Positions 46,610-58,517 of a stretch of DNA of 64,000 bases are shown here, piece by piece (within the stretch, counting starts at the first letter, position 1; each line of letters starts with the position of its first letter). Made by a program: the position numbers and the translations under genes. The notes beneath the pieces were generated by a model that saw only the letters and a list, made by a program, of their open reading frames with translations, did not search any database and had not been told where the DNA came from. The DNA is taken from the NCBI GenBank assembly GCA_964199315.1, contig OZ116701.1, positions 15,996,001 to 16,060,000 of the forward strand. The letters are read 5' to 3'. Source of the stretch: Orbicella franksi (Eukaryota).

Positions 46610-46724
46610 TTCCCCGAAATCTTTTGATTTCGTCATGTGACGAGGCTTTTTGACATTTGTCTTCAGTATTTACATACCAGATCGGAACAAGTAGAAACGC
46701 GTTGCTTTTCGGAATTTCCCCGAA
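46610..46724. promoter_or_regulatory. Candidate GAS (46610-46618), M-box (46632-46641) and kappaB/GAS (46711-46724) sites upstream of G4
   Basis: TTCCCCGAA; GTCATGTGAC; GGAATTTCCCCGAA. Confidence 0.42.
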
Positions 46725-49700
46725 GCAATTGTCTGGAGACAGTCATCAAAGGTTTTTTTTGTAACAAACAAAGATAATGTGTATTTCTGTTCGAAACCAG
46801 ACGGTCATTAGTCCCACAGAATTTTTAAATATTTATATGACCTGTTGTTTGAAAAACATGGGCTGATAGCTGTTCACTCTAAATGCCAGCGACCTTCACA
46901 ACTTCGACGTTTTGATTGGCCTCCTAGCGTAGGATATTCATCATTGTCGGTACAGTTTCTTAGGTAAGAGATCAATAGAAAACGAAATCCCTGAGAATGA
47001 TTACGGAAAAACATTTAAAGAGAAAACGTCTAATCAAAGGTGTAAACTAGACGCTCTAAGAGCGTTGACTCGGGCTTCCTACCACAGTATCAAATCGTAC
47101 TTTACGAAAACGCCTATTGGACACCGTGTGACAATACAAGCAAACTAAAGAATCAGGATATTTTAGCACAAAAGTTCCGCTTAGATATTTGCTATTCAGG
47201 TTGCTTCGTTTAGTATCCTCCTCATCCTACCGCAAGTTGTGAGTTTAAACCATTTTGGTTCAAGAATGAAGCACAGCTGTCTACGCATTGATGGAGAAGT
47301 TGTTCGCAAAGAATTTACGAGGTCTTTTTACAACTTATGGCGATTACTTTGCACATGTTAGCAGAAATTGTACGAAGTTTGTTTACTGGTCTTGGCGATC
47401 CGAGTAAATTGTGTAGTTGAACATATTTGCCGTGTTGCGATCTTAAACCCTTTTCAAGAGTCATATCTTCTTTGGAGAGCGCACAATCCCTTTCGAGAGA
47501 GCCAAAACGAATCATGATAAACTCCTTCGCGAAAACAACAGTCCTGTGAATAGGCTCAAATTGCATTGCACATAATTTGCATAAACTTTCAAGTTGTGTA
47601 TTTTGCGGATAACTTCCAAGAATGTGCGAACCTTAACGCAGTTTATGAAGAAATATTCAAGCTACAAATTTTTATTGAATCAAGGCAAGAGTATTTTTTA
47701 AAAACGACTCTCATTTTTAAGGGAAGATGCGGCATTCTGTTTTGCTATTTATTTTGGTTTCATGCTCGTCTAGTTCATGTCACGCAACATGATTTTCTTT
47801 TACAGTCAGACACAGTTTTTTAAAAGAATTGGCGATTGCTAATTAAGACTGCTAAATATATTTGAACTACTAGTGAAATAACTGGCTAAACTATTGTAAA
47901 TGCAGATTTTCCTTAGGACTTGGCAAGAACATTGGTTCGTCAATAATCCCGCACAATTCCCCGCACAATCGAAGGTTTAATTCTCCCGCACAATGTGCCT
48001 CCAAACTCACACGTTTTTTTTTTTTTTCCTGCACCCTACTTGAAAGCCAACTAACTAGGAGGTAAGATATTTAACTCAAGTTACCGAAAGTCTTATCTTT
48101 ACAACATTGGAGATCGACATATTTTGCGCGGTGCAAGAAACAAGTCGTATGTTTTTAATGAGCTACGAGTCCAAAAACGTTTTCGTATTTAGCTCGTTTT
48201 ATTGCAATATGATTTGTTTTACTGCAATGTTCTAAATAATAACAGCAGTAGCCACATACCGTCATTGACTGCCTATTTTTTGCCAGTGTTTTCGTAGATT
48301 GAACTCATACCGCAATCGGCTCAGTTGATTGTTATCTCACGAGAACGTTTCGAACGTGAACTTTGCTTACCTGGTTGGCTTTCAAGCAATATAATTCGTG
48401 GACCGATTACAATCATGCTTTTTTGATATACAAATAGCATCGGGTCTTCAAATGTACCGCTTATTAATTGTGACCTAAACAAAGCTTTTGTTTGGAGCTG
48501 ATCGCGCGCTTTCATTTTCGTTTTATTATGGTAGGATAAAATCTTGTGTGAGTAACTGGGTAATAAATATGTTGCCTTTGTATGAACAGCAAATTAAAAT
48601 GGCTGCTTCAAGATTCTCATCTGACGTGCTGGAATTGTCTCATGGATCAATTTCGCAAGAAGAAAGCATAAAAGTAAAGAGTCCACTCGAGCCTGTAAAT
48701 GGCTGTGAGAGAAAGAGAGTAGCGAATAGGAAATAGTCGTGAATAGCGAATAGTACGAATAGTGCGAATAGACCGAATAGAGGCTAACAGTCGTCAAAAG
48801 TCACCGCTTTAGTTCAGAACTAATCTGGATTCGTTGAAATTATCACGTGGAGCAATAGCGTTTATCCACGGACGCTTATAGATTCGACCAAGCTGTAGAC
48901 TGCGAGTAGCCTCTCTTTCGCTTAGACCGCCTTGAGTGACGCGAAAGAAAACCGCGGGAAAAAAAAAAAAATGACCGCACGAACTCGTGGGGGCGTGCGT
49001 CTCGCCCCCAGGGTTTCACGTGGCCATTTTTTCGTCGCAGCTTAATTACGGTCTCGCTCGACAGACTAAGCGAGAGAGGGACTACTCGTAGTGTAACCAA
49101 GCTGAAGAAATTGTATTTCATAGATAAATTGTTCCCAAGGCAAGTAGTCGTTTGAATTTTATCATCTGTGCAATTGTCGCAACATAGTTTGTAGGTGCTA
49201 TTTTAATTTAGGGCGAAAAAAGTATTTCATATTAAGCTATCTTGGACTCATTTCAGTTAGGGTCCGAGAATAAGTACAGTATTGTTAGAGTTTGATTTCT
49301 CAGTTTTTTTCTTGGTTGGTTTTTTCTATTCCGTAAAGTTTTTGGGCCAACAGGCTGGTTTTCCCCCTGGCTGATATTAAGAGGAAATTACAAGCCTAGT
49401 ACAATTACCATTCACTCAGATTGCAGAGCTGAGAACTACAAAGGAGAGGTGTAGGCTGATTTATTTGAACGCCATTGTTTACATTTTGTTTAATTAGCGA
49501 CTTTGCTTAAAAAAAGAATTATGCTATATACAAATTGACTCCAGATCGGATGTTTAAAGAGTTTGTGAAAATTTTAAGCGAAAATTTTAGCACTTTCTGT
49601 CTAATGTTGAAGGTAATATTAGATTTAAACCCTGCACAATATGTGGCAAAAGCGCTAATTAGCTTACAGTCTCTAGGAAATTTTGATTTTTTACAAACCC

Positions 49701-50102
49701 AGGTCACAAAAAAGTATTAAACACGTAGGGCTAAAATTTCTAGCCAAAGTTATTCTTGTCATGTTTTCAATATTCAGAATTGATTTGTAGCTTGGTTAGA
49801 GACTGGAACGCTTATGCCAATGAGTCAAAGTTAAACACTGAAGACTTCTTATTCCACCTAACCGAAATCAAATGAAGGCCGACTTTTCTCCGTTGTACTG
49901 TACATGCTAAAAATAAATTTATCAGCCGAGGACATTTAAAACAGCGATGGATAGCATTCATTTGCTATTATTCCCCACTATTCGCGACTATTCGCGACTA
50001 TTCGCGAGTGTTCGCGACTGTTTGCCACTATTCGCACTATTCCAGACTATTCGCACTATTCGTACTATTCGCTATTCACTATTCGCGATTAGTATACACC
50101 AA

Positions 50103-50870
50103 ACCAGTGGATAGTGCTTTTTGCGACTTTTGATCGGTTACTCAAAGCTGGCGCGGTGAAAGTCGTAAGCAAAATGGCTTCCCGATTTGCTACCGTGGCA
50201 GAAGAACAAATTTTAGCAGTAAACGAGGCAGCTGTCCCTGAGAACACCAAGAAGGCTACAAAATTCGGCTTGGTGTTTATTACAGGTACTATTTTATTAC
50301 GGCCTAAACCGACACAAAACGATTTGTTTACAATTGCTAAGTTACGTAGAAGTAATTGTTTCGAGGTAGCGAAATGTCAACAATAGGGAAATTCTGTAAA
50401 ATATCTTGCAGAGTGGTATCAAATGCAGAAAGAATTCACAACTCTTTTGGAAGAAATGTCGGCAGGGCAACTCAACAACAGCCTTGAAAAGTTCTACCTG
50501 CCCGCAAGAAAACGAGACGGTAGCTTTTATAACAAGAAGTCCCGTACCGCAATTCGGCCCGCTTTGGACCACCACTTAAGAAGTCCTCCGTTGTACAAAC
50601 CGTTTTCTACTGTTTAAGGCAGCCAGTTTACCGTGTTTACCGTACTGTCGTTTCACTAAACACACGAGACAAGTTATGATTTCTCTCTTCGATCACCTGA
50701 TGTATCACGTGACTTTTCTTACGCTGTTGGACATTTTGCGCGCGAAATTGGGAAATAAAAGACTTTTTGCAGTCTTCTGAGTCATTTTTTTTTTTTGCGG
50801 ATGTTTTATCCTACTGGTTTGGTATATTCCCCTCAGTGTCGGTGGCTAGTAGTGGATATTTACCGAGTCG
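50103..50870 (+). mobile_element. Degraded Crypton-related relic (paralog of 36670-37465)
   Basis: ORF pieces MASRFATVAEEQILAVNEAAVPENTKKATKFG and LEEMSAGQLNNSLEKFYLPARKRDGSFYNKKSRTAIRPALDHHLRSPP resemble the N-terminal part of Crypton/DUF3504 proteins. Confidence 0.65.
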
Positions 50871-52771
50871 GGTTTTCCGCCCCCCTCCCCGCCCCGACAA
50901 GGTGTTACACGAGAAAATGTTTCGCGCCTAGTTATGCTTCTGTTGCAATAATACTGTACGTGAAAGTTATCATTCAGTTCTTTACAAAGTTGCACTTTTT
51001 TAATTGTGGTTTCAAGTATATTATTGTAATCATGGTAGCCTGTTTCATGCATGTCTTTATATATATGTTTTGCTAAGCAAAAATCATTATATAAATGTCT
51101 TAATCAGAGTCAATAGCTTTTTTCTCTGTTGTTCTTTCAGCGAACGAGAAAGCGAAAATATGTTTCCATAGTTGACTATTTCATGTCTTCAAAGTACTAA
51201 ATTTAATAACATTATCCTATCTACACTGCCTTAAAATATTTTTTAAAAACGTTTAAAATAAAAGCGTTGTAATGTGTCATAGTTAGGTATTAATAATACG
51301 CAGTCATCATTGATTCGTATGCACTATTCTCATATCCCGTGAAGGGGGCACTCCCTTATATGGCCTATACAGGGAGGCTCTGGCCGAAAGGGATACCTTT
51401 TTCATGCTTCAGGTATATAACAGCGTAGACATTTGACTAGTTGAGGCATATGGAAAGGTAGAGAAATCTGTCATTTAGTTATTTTAAAAGGCCTTTAATT
51501 AAAATTTTTTGAACAAATGCACCTTATGGCTGTATTATTTCATTTATCAGGCACTACATGAAAATGACAAGAAGACTTTGTTTTTGCCGATTTATTCTTA
51601 ATACGGGCCAGTCTCGAAAGTATGTCAAAGGTATACGAAAGGTTTATCTTTTCTGTCAAGATGGTATACAAAAGGGTAAAGGGCTGGACATCGGGAAGAA
51701 CCATCCCCGTATAGAACTTTGTAGAGTAATACCCCTCCCCCGGAACTAGCCGACGCATGCCACCGACTAACTTGGATTCCCAGCCCGGGCTTGAATTGCC
51801 TGTCCAATTTTCCGTGATATTTTGTACGATTTCCTCCTTACAATGATTTTGGATTAACTGAATTAAATTGCTGACAGGGTAGTGCTAGCTGCAGCAGCAG
51901 AATTTATTTACATTGCCTTTACATCGCAATATGACTTACATCTACTCGAGATAAGCTGAATACAAATGATAGACTGTTCCAGTATTGATGACCAATTTAA
52001 AGTCCATTACGAGCTTATAGACTTATATAGACGGCACTTTAGAGGCCATGTTTTTAATTTAAGAGGGCATATTTTCTAGCTCAAATGAAATGATGCTGTT
52101 TTTAACAGCATTTCTGTGCCTCAGGCACCGTCCACAATACGCTGGAGAAATTCGAAAACGGCGTTTTTAGTCTGAAGACGCAAAAAATGTTTTCCGTCCA
52201 CACTAGGAGAAATTTGAAAACGCAACAATCACCGGCGGCAGAAATGCTTGGCTGCAACCTTGAGGTTATGGGTTAATCACACGGTTATCGTGACGATATC
52301 GTTTTCGAAAAGCTTCGTTTTCAAGATGCTCGCCGTTCACACTTAAACTTCAAATTCCTCTGAATGGCAGAGAAGTTTCGAAAAGCTCTGTTTTCCGTAG
52401 TCAATTTCTCCGGGTTAGTGTGGACGGCGGGCCTAGCTGTAGAAATAAAGCTTCCTTTTCAAGTATTTCCGGCGTAGTGTGGACAAGGCCTTAGTTTCCA
52501 CTGAAGGACATTTCAGTCCATTTCTTGTGAACAACAAAATGGCCTATTGTGCGTGTCTTGATAAACTTTAAGTTTGTTTGTTTTAGTAAATACGTAATAC
52601 GTTAAGATTGTGGCCGTATATCTAAAAGCAAAGACATTTTAACTAAAGAGATACGCCCACTATGGTGGTGTGGGCTGATGCGCCCCTGGTGCATTGTTCC
52701 TCTGTCACACGTAGCTGGGTTAGAAATGTGATTTTGTGATGCTGAGGATAAAACAGATGATTCCTCTCGTC

Positions 52772-52942
52772 TTAGGCTGGACACTCCCAGTAGTGAATGT
52801 AACAGTACATATTATGGTCTCCACTGCTGATACCACCCTTGCAGGTACAAGTGTAGGTTCTCTTGCCATCTGAGATGGTGCTTGTGAGCAGCACTGTTTT
52901 AGCGTCATTCGAGTCACAGCTGACACCAAGAAACTTCTTTCC
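52772..52942 (-). CDS. G5 last exon (Cys-rich domain)
   Basis: CAG|GKKFLGVSCDSNDAKTVLLTSTISDGKRTYTCTCKGGISSGDHNMYCYIHYWECPA*; 171 nt. Confidence 0.9.
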   Translation of the reverse strand, partial: GKKFLGVSCDSNDAKTVLLTSTISDGKRTYTCTCKGGISSGDHNMYCYIHYWECPA

Positions 52943-53219
52943 CTGCAAAAAATAATTAATTCATGCAATTATCTTTGCATGTTGATCAAAATAATGGTAT
53001 TGCATTGGTTAATCAACAAATATGCCTCTTTCTCCGCAATTCTAATATATGATCTATCAGATATTCACTTGTACTCTTTTTTATAGCTATACACATTAGG
53101 AACAAATTACGTGACCAGCACCCAGTTGGTTGAGTAACTCAGTTGGTAGAGTGCTGAACTGTCGATTTTCCCTTTTCTTATCTTACCTATGCATAGTTTT
53201 TATATGTACAATTTATATA

Positions 53220-53220
<1 letters not shown>

Positions 53221-53253
<33 letters not shown>
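53221..53253. repeat. (ATT)11 microsatellite
   Basis: Read directly. Confidence 0.9.
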
Positions 53254-54083
53254 TTGATATTCTTATACATTTTTAGATACTTTAGTTTAATATTTATAAC
53301 CAATTGTGCATACATTTTCACTTTGTTATTTTTTTTTTCCTTGGCGCACCTGTAAACTAGCTGGTGCGTCCTGTAGACTCTACTTATCAAGTCTATGGGA
53401 AGCACCGTTACTATAGCTAAGTGTGTGGTCCAAGTAAAATAAACTGTCTATGTCTAGATCTATGTCTATACGCGAGAGCGAAACGGTATTCTACCGCGCG
53501 TGCATTAGACCTTTCCCATGAATAATAATATTTTTCAAAATGGTGATTAACTGTGCCTTGCAATTCTAATTGTTAATATATAATTATTGTATTATTATTT
53601 AGTATTGTAAATAATGTGCGTTCCAATAATAAAAAGAAAAGTTCGCATTTGCCATTTCCTCTGCTCTTGACAGGGGCTGCACGTGCCATGCAACAACTTA
53701 ACATAACTAAAATTACCATAATTTGGTAAGGAATGGTGAACTTTGATTTTCCTCTGTTTGTAATTAATTAGTAATCTAGTTTCTATTGGCCTTGCTAGTA
53801 AGATTTTCGGTTAATTTAGTTCCAGGACACGCGATGCTCATCTACCCTAAACTCCATTGTGCCACTAGAACTATAAGAATGAAAAAAACTACTACGCCCA
53901 TGCGAAGCTAAACCAGCACATCGTATTTTCGGTAATGGCCCGAACTAACTTGCAATAGAGGCTCCTGCGGGGAGTATCATTAAAAAGAGATGAACGTCAT
54001 TTGCATTTGAAAAGACTCCTCGCATAAGCTTCAGTTGTAAGCTAGTGAAGAATACGAATATGGCCTATTACTTTGAGACGTAC

Positions 54084-54365
54084 ATTTGATTCAGTTTTAG
54101 CGATCGATTGACGCGCATAAGCCGGATCCGCAACAACGCCAGGGCTGGCTCCTGTATTGTAAGAGCAAAGACCCAGATTGGCAGAGCCAGGTGTCCCGGG
54201 GGATCCAGAGAGGCCCTGGGAGCCATTGTATCCTGGTAGGCCGGGAAGACCAGTGAGGCCTTGGGTACCATTGTATCCTGGCGGTCCGGGAGGTCCAATA
54301 GGGCCTTGGGTACCATTATATCCTGGCGATCCTTTGGGACCTGGAATCTTACTTATGTTTATTAA
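54084..54365 (-). CDS. G5 collagen exon (18 triplets)
   Basis: TTTCAG|[20 protein letters not shown]...[38 protein letters not shown]|GTACGT; 282 nt; phase 0-0. Confidence 0.9.
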
Positions 54366-55469
54366 CTGAAATGAGAAAAACAAAAAAAAGAACAAAACAA
54401 AACAGAACAAAATAGCGCTACAACGTGCCACTCACTGAAACCATGTCACCTGCGAAGGGAGCCGCTTCTCAGCTACATAATAATAAGTCTGAAATTGAAT
54501 CTACTTGAGATTTTGGATGACCAGAAAACCTGCACTGTCAATAGGCCCTTTGCACGATCCGGTGACATAGTATGGAATTAACTTTGCTGGGACGGAAGTT
54601 ACACAGTGGGACTTTCAAAACAAAGGAAAGTCGGACTGTACTGGTACGAGTTCCTTTGTTTTGGAAGTCTCACTCACGGTGTAACTTGTGTCCCAGCATA
54701 ATTAATTCCGTATCATGTCACCGGATCGTGCAAGAAGCCTGTTGTTTTAAGGTGTCTTGTAACGATTTAAGCACTAGCAGCACCTATACTTTGATGGATC
54801 ACATCGATACTCTTTCTCAGTATGTGCCAGAATAATGGGATCCAGCAAATCCCCATGCATTTGTTGCCAAACAAGTTCCGGTCATTTTTCTTGTATAATA
54901 GGTTACTATAGCAACCGTGGTACAATTTCAATCACCTGCAGTTTTAACTTTACTAGCTTTTCACCCAAATCAAGGCCGTATAAACAGTTTTGAACTATAA
55001 TTTGTCGCCTACTTTTAATGTTTTCAACAGTCTTCTCCCCCTACCTTCTCTTCCAGTTGTGAAATTTTTTGTCGAACAGCCTGAATTGCGAGCCAGAGGT
55101 CTCGTGTATTTTGTTCCTAAAAATAGAGAACGAAAAATCTACATAGAGATATTCAGATGTTCAGTGAAGGAAGCAGAAGAACCGTTAAACCTGTGCAGAA
55201 ATCATGCTCTATGTACAATTGCTTTTTGGGAAAGTATCTCCTACGTCTATTGAAAAATTACTTAATGGTTTACTTGTATGTAACTTCCATTTGACGAGTT
55301 ACTGCTGCCTGCAGAAGATACCTTTCCTTCAATCCCCTGCATCTGCAAAAAGAAGAGAATGTCAGGGAAACATTTGAGGACACTTATGTTCAAGTGAAAA
55401 TAGATAAATTGAGGGTTTTGTGTTCAATGAATTCCTGGACAATAGAAATCCCTTTGCCCTCAAATAATG

Positions 55470-55580
55470 AAAAGAAGAAGAAGAAGAAGAAGAAGACGAA
55501 GAAGACGAAGAAGAAGAAGATGCAGAAGAAGAAGAAGAAGAAGAAAAAGAAGAAGAAGTACAACAAGAAAGAAGACAACA
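55470..55580. repeat. Imperfect (GAA)n microsatellite inside a ~1.1-kb segment (55168-56294) absent from the paralog
   Basis: Read directly; the paralog at ~41627-41640 reads TCAGTGAGGGGCAGC without the segment. Confidence 0.85.
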
Positions 55581-58333
55581 AAAACAACCAAAGAGCAATA
55601 CAAAACAAAGCAAAACAAAGAGCCCATCTTGACTATTTTTTAGAAGAGTTGATTGAAGAGTAATAACCACTTATAGAACAAGATATATCTTTTGCACTAC
55701 AGTAAAGCGTTGCATTTTCCTTGCCATACCTAAGTAATTATATATTTAAATAAACTTACTTTGGTTTTCAGCTTCTCTAGCTCTGCACTAACCTGCCATA
55801 TATAGAAAAAAAAAAAATGAACCAATTATTGTCAACACAATAAAATTATTATGCTGCCCCTCAGTTGGTGTTTAAAGTTGACTAGTTATGCGTGGCTAGA
55901 GTATCCCAATGGGATGAGGCATTCTGTGTTCAGACATTCTGAGAACCATATGGCCAAATTTTCTTTGTTATGCGGTCTTTGGACACGCATTCGTAAATGA
56001 TGTTGGCATCCGCGCCATGCATTCATTTTCTAACGCCCCTCACCCATACCCTAGCCGCGTGTTCTTTTCTCTGTTTGATGCTACCGATTTTTTGCCCTCA
56101 CCTTTTCTTGGTAGTGTCTTCCATTAATCTGTGTAATTAAAATTGGATCGAAACGTTATTAAAGCAGCTATGTGGCCAGCCACATAGCCAAAGTTTATCC
56201 AAAGAAGACTCTATATCTTGTTGATAACTTCTCCGAGGAAACAGAATACGCTCAAATGATAGTGTTTTTTTGGATGCTATATCGAAGTTGCAGAGGGGCA
56301 GCATAAACATGAATTTATTTTTTCAAATCATATTTTGACCGTTCGAGGGCTTTTTATTATTTCCTGTATTTCTCTTGTTGGTGAGGCAATTTAGGTCTAC
56401 TGCTTTACCAAGAGGCCAAATTGAGGTAACTCAAAAGTTTTTAGATGTCCTATCCTCACCAGCGAACGAAAATGTCTTATCCCTTGTTACCCCATTAAAA
56501 TTGAAGCACGGTTGCTTCCATTAACAAAGAATTTTAACTCTTAAAGGCGACTAGATAAGTAAACTAAAAGAAGTGTGACAGGGGAATGGTCACAGCAAAT
56601 GTGTTATGAAGCTCCATAATTTTTATAGAACTCAGTATGTTTGCATGTTGGTTCGTGATCACCAGCTCTTTATTTCTTGGCCAACACACTCATCATCTAA
56701 TCCATAAGCTTATGTGAGCACGTTCTAAAATACCTTATATGGTAGGCATGTGTGGGCACACTCTGGAGGATTAAACATTGATCCTTTATAAGAACTGTGA
56801 CTTACCCAAACATTTCCATGCCACCTAGATTGAAACCATCAATTTATTTTGGGTCTATTTTCTGAGTTTGATCGGTGCTTGATTTGGGAAATCGACAATA
56901 GCGTAGAACTGACTCATTCAGATTTGTGATTATTTTATAGTGAACGAAGATTTTCTCATCGGTCATTTCCGAGCGAAGCCTCCTCCAAATTATTGGCATT
57001 CTGAGTTTCAGAGAAAACCAATTTCGCAAAGTACTGTTTGCTTTGAAAGTGTAAGAATATCTTAGCTCTTAGCCCGTGTCCTTTTATCCTTTGCCTCAAA
57101 TGTGACAGACGAAGAAACTATTGCATAAGTAGGATTTAATGACTGAAAGGTAACCTTTTGACTCTCGAAGCTTGATTGAACATTGCCTTTATCAGCTGCA
57201 AGAAAACTGATCATTCATTCATTTTATTTTAATTACTGGCATTCCAGGAAATATGGATTCAACAGCCGAGTGGGCCTGCATTTTTTGCTCCACGTTGAAG
57301 GCTTCTGTCAATTACAAACTAGATTGGATGTGTCTGCCTTGTTACTGCTTTTTATGTTTGGAATGTTGCCGTTATTACAAATCGTTTCTAAAGGAGTGCT
57401 CAAAAGTGCCCTATCGAGCCCTAATTGCAGCCGAGACACGCCGCGTCAATTTGGCTAACAACAAACAACCAGGCTGCTCACGATGAAGAAAACAAAGATC
57501 CCGTCATGATTGTTGAACTGTCATGTTGAACTGTTGAACTGTTTTCCTTTTGCTACGTTTCATTGCCCAGCTTATTACCTATATGCGGTAACCGTATATT
57601 TTTGTTAATTGTGGCATGGTTTGGAATTAATTCATTTAGTTTCTTTGGTTGTAATGTAATATTTTCATATTTTTCCTATTGTTCGGATAATTCACTTTGT
57701 TTTGTCAGATTTCTCTATATTTTTGACCTTCACTCAGTGCCTACGTAATTTTGTTTATCAAGTTTGTTACGTTTGAGATCTCGCCACATATATACCATGA
57801 GTAACCCACTTTTTGTTTCTTAAGCGTCGGGACGATGCTTAATCTAAGAGGAGAGGCATGTTATGAATCATTAATCTTCGTATAATTAAGTATTTTTGGT
57901 TTGTGATTTTAAACTGTTTACGATTTTGTAGCTACCGCCTTAGTCTTGTATTTCTAGGGTCCCACTGCACGCACAGAAAACTTCAAGTTGTTCGTCTTAG
58001 TTCATTAAGAGTTCTTAAACTCCGAACAAAGACCCCTACTGAATGATCACTTTTGGGTTCGTCTACCGGCCTTGGTCTGGATCTCCAAAGGAAGACCGTC
58101 AACCTGTTTAGGTTTCTCGTTCTGTAAACTTAGGCGATTATTGGTTGTTTCAAGAATTTTGCAGTTCGCTTCTGAAGATCTCGTGAAAGTGTTTGTAGTC
58201 ACTGGCCAGGTAAATTAGATGATGATTGTATTAGCCAGAAGCCTGTTAAAATATTTAAGACTAAGGACGCTAGTTTCCCGGTTTCTCCTCGTTTGACAGC
58301 AGCAAACCGATAAATGTGCTAATTATAACCTAC

Positions 58334-58395
58334 CATTTTGTCACTTGCCAAGGACTGGACATGGGAAATGTTGTCCTTCATTTGCTTCAGCTCAG
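58334..58395 (-). CDS. G5 exon 2
   Basis: GGCAG|(A)ELKQMKDNISHVQSLASDKM|GTAGGT; 62 nt; phase 1-0. Confidence 0.8.
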
Positions 58396-58446
58396 CTGCC
58401 AAATTCGTCAATGACGCAGGTAAAAGAAGACAAAAAACAAAATGTC

Positions 58447-58517
58447 AATGAATAAATGAATGAATGAATGAATGAATGAATGAATGAATGGATGAATGGA
58501 TGGATGGATGGATGAAT
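58447..58517. repeat. (TGAA)n(TGGA)n compound microsatellite at the exon 2 upstream intron
   Basis: Read directly; much shorter in the paralog near 43790. Confidence 0.85.

Larger units (their letters stand above)
45706..47046. repeat. Segmental duplication alpha, copy 3 (type A exon 1 and flanks)
   Basis: Colinear with ~5130-6630 and ~27960-29325. Confidence 0.85.

Noticed and set aside
39302-54365. Positive selection between G4 and G5 coding exons
   Set aside because: A manual count gives roughly 13 non-synonymous and 8 synonymous differences over exons 4-5. This does not exceed the neutral expectation, and the sample is too small to claim selection.
55394-55663. Poly-Lys and poly-Ser/Phe ORFs
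   Set aside because: Translations of the (GAA)n microsatellite; no splice or homology support, and absent from the paralog.
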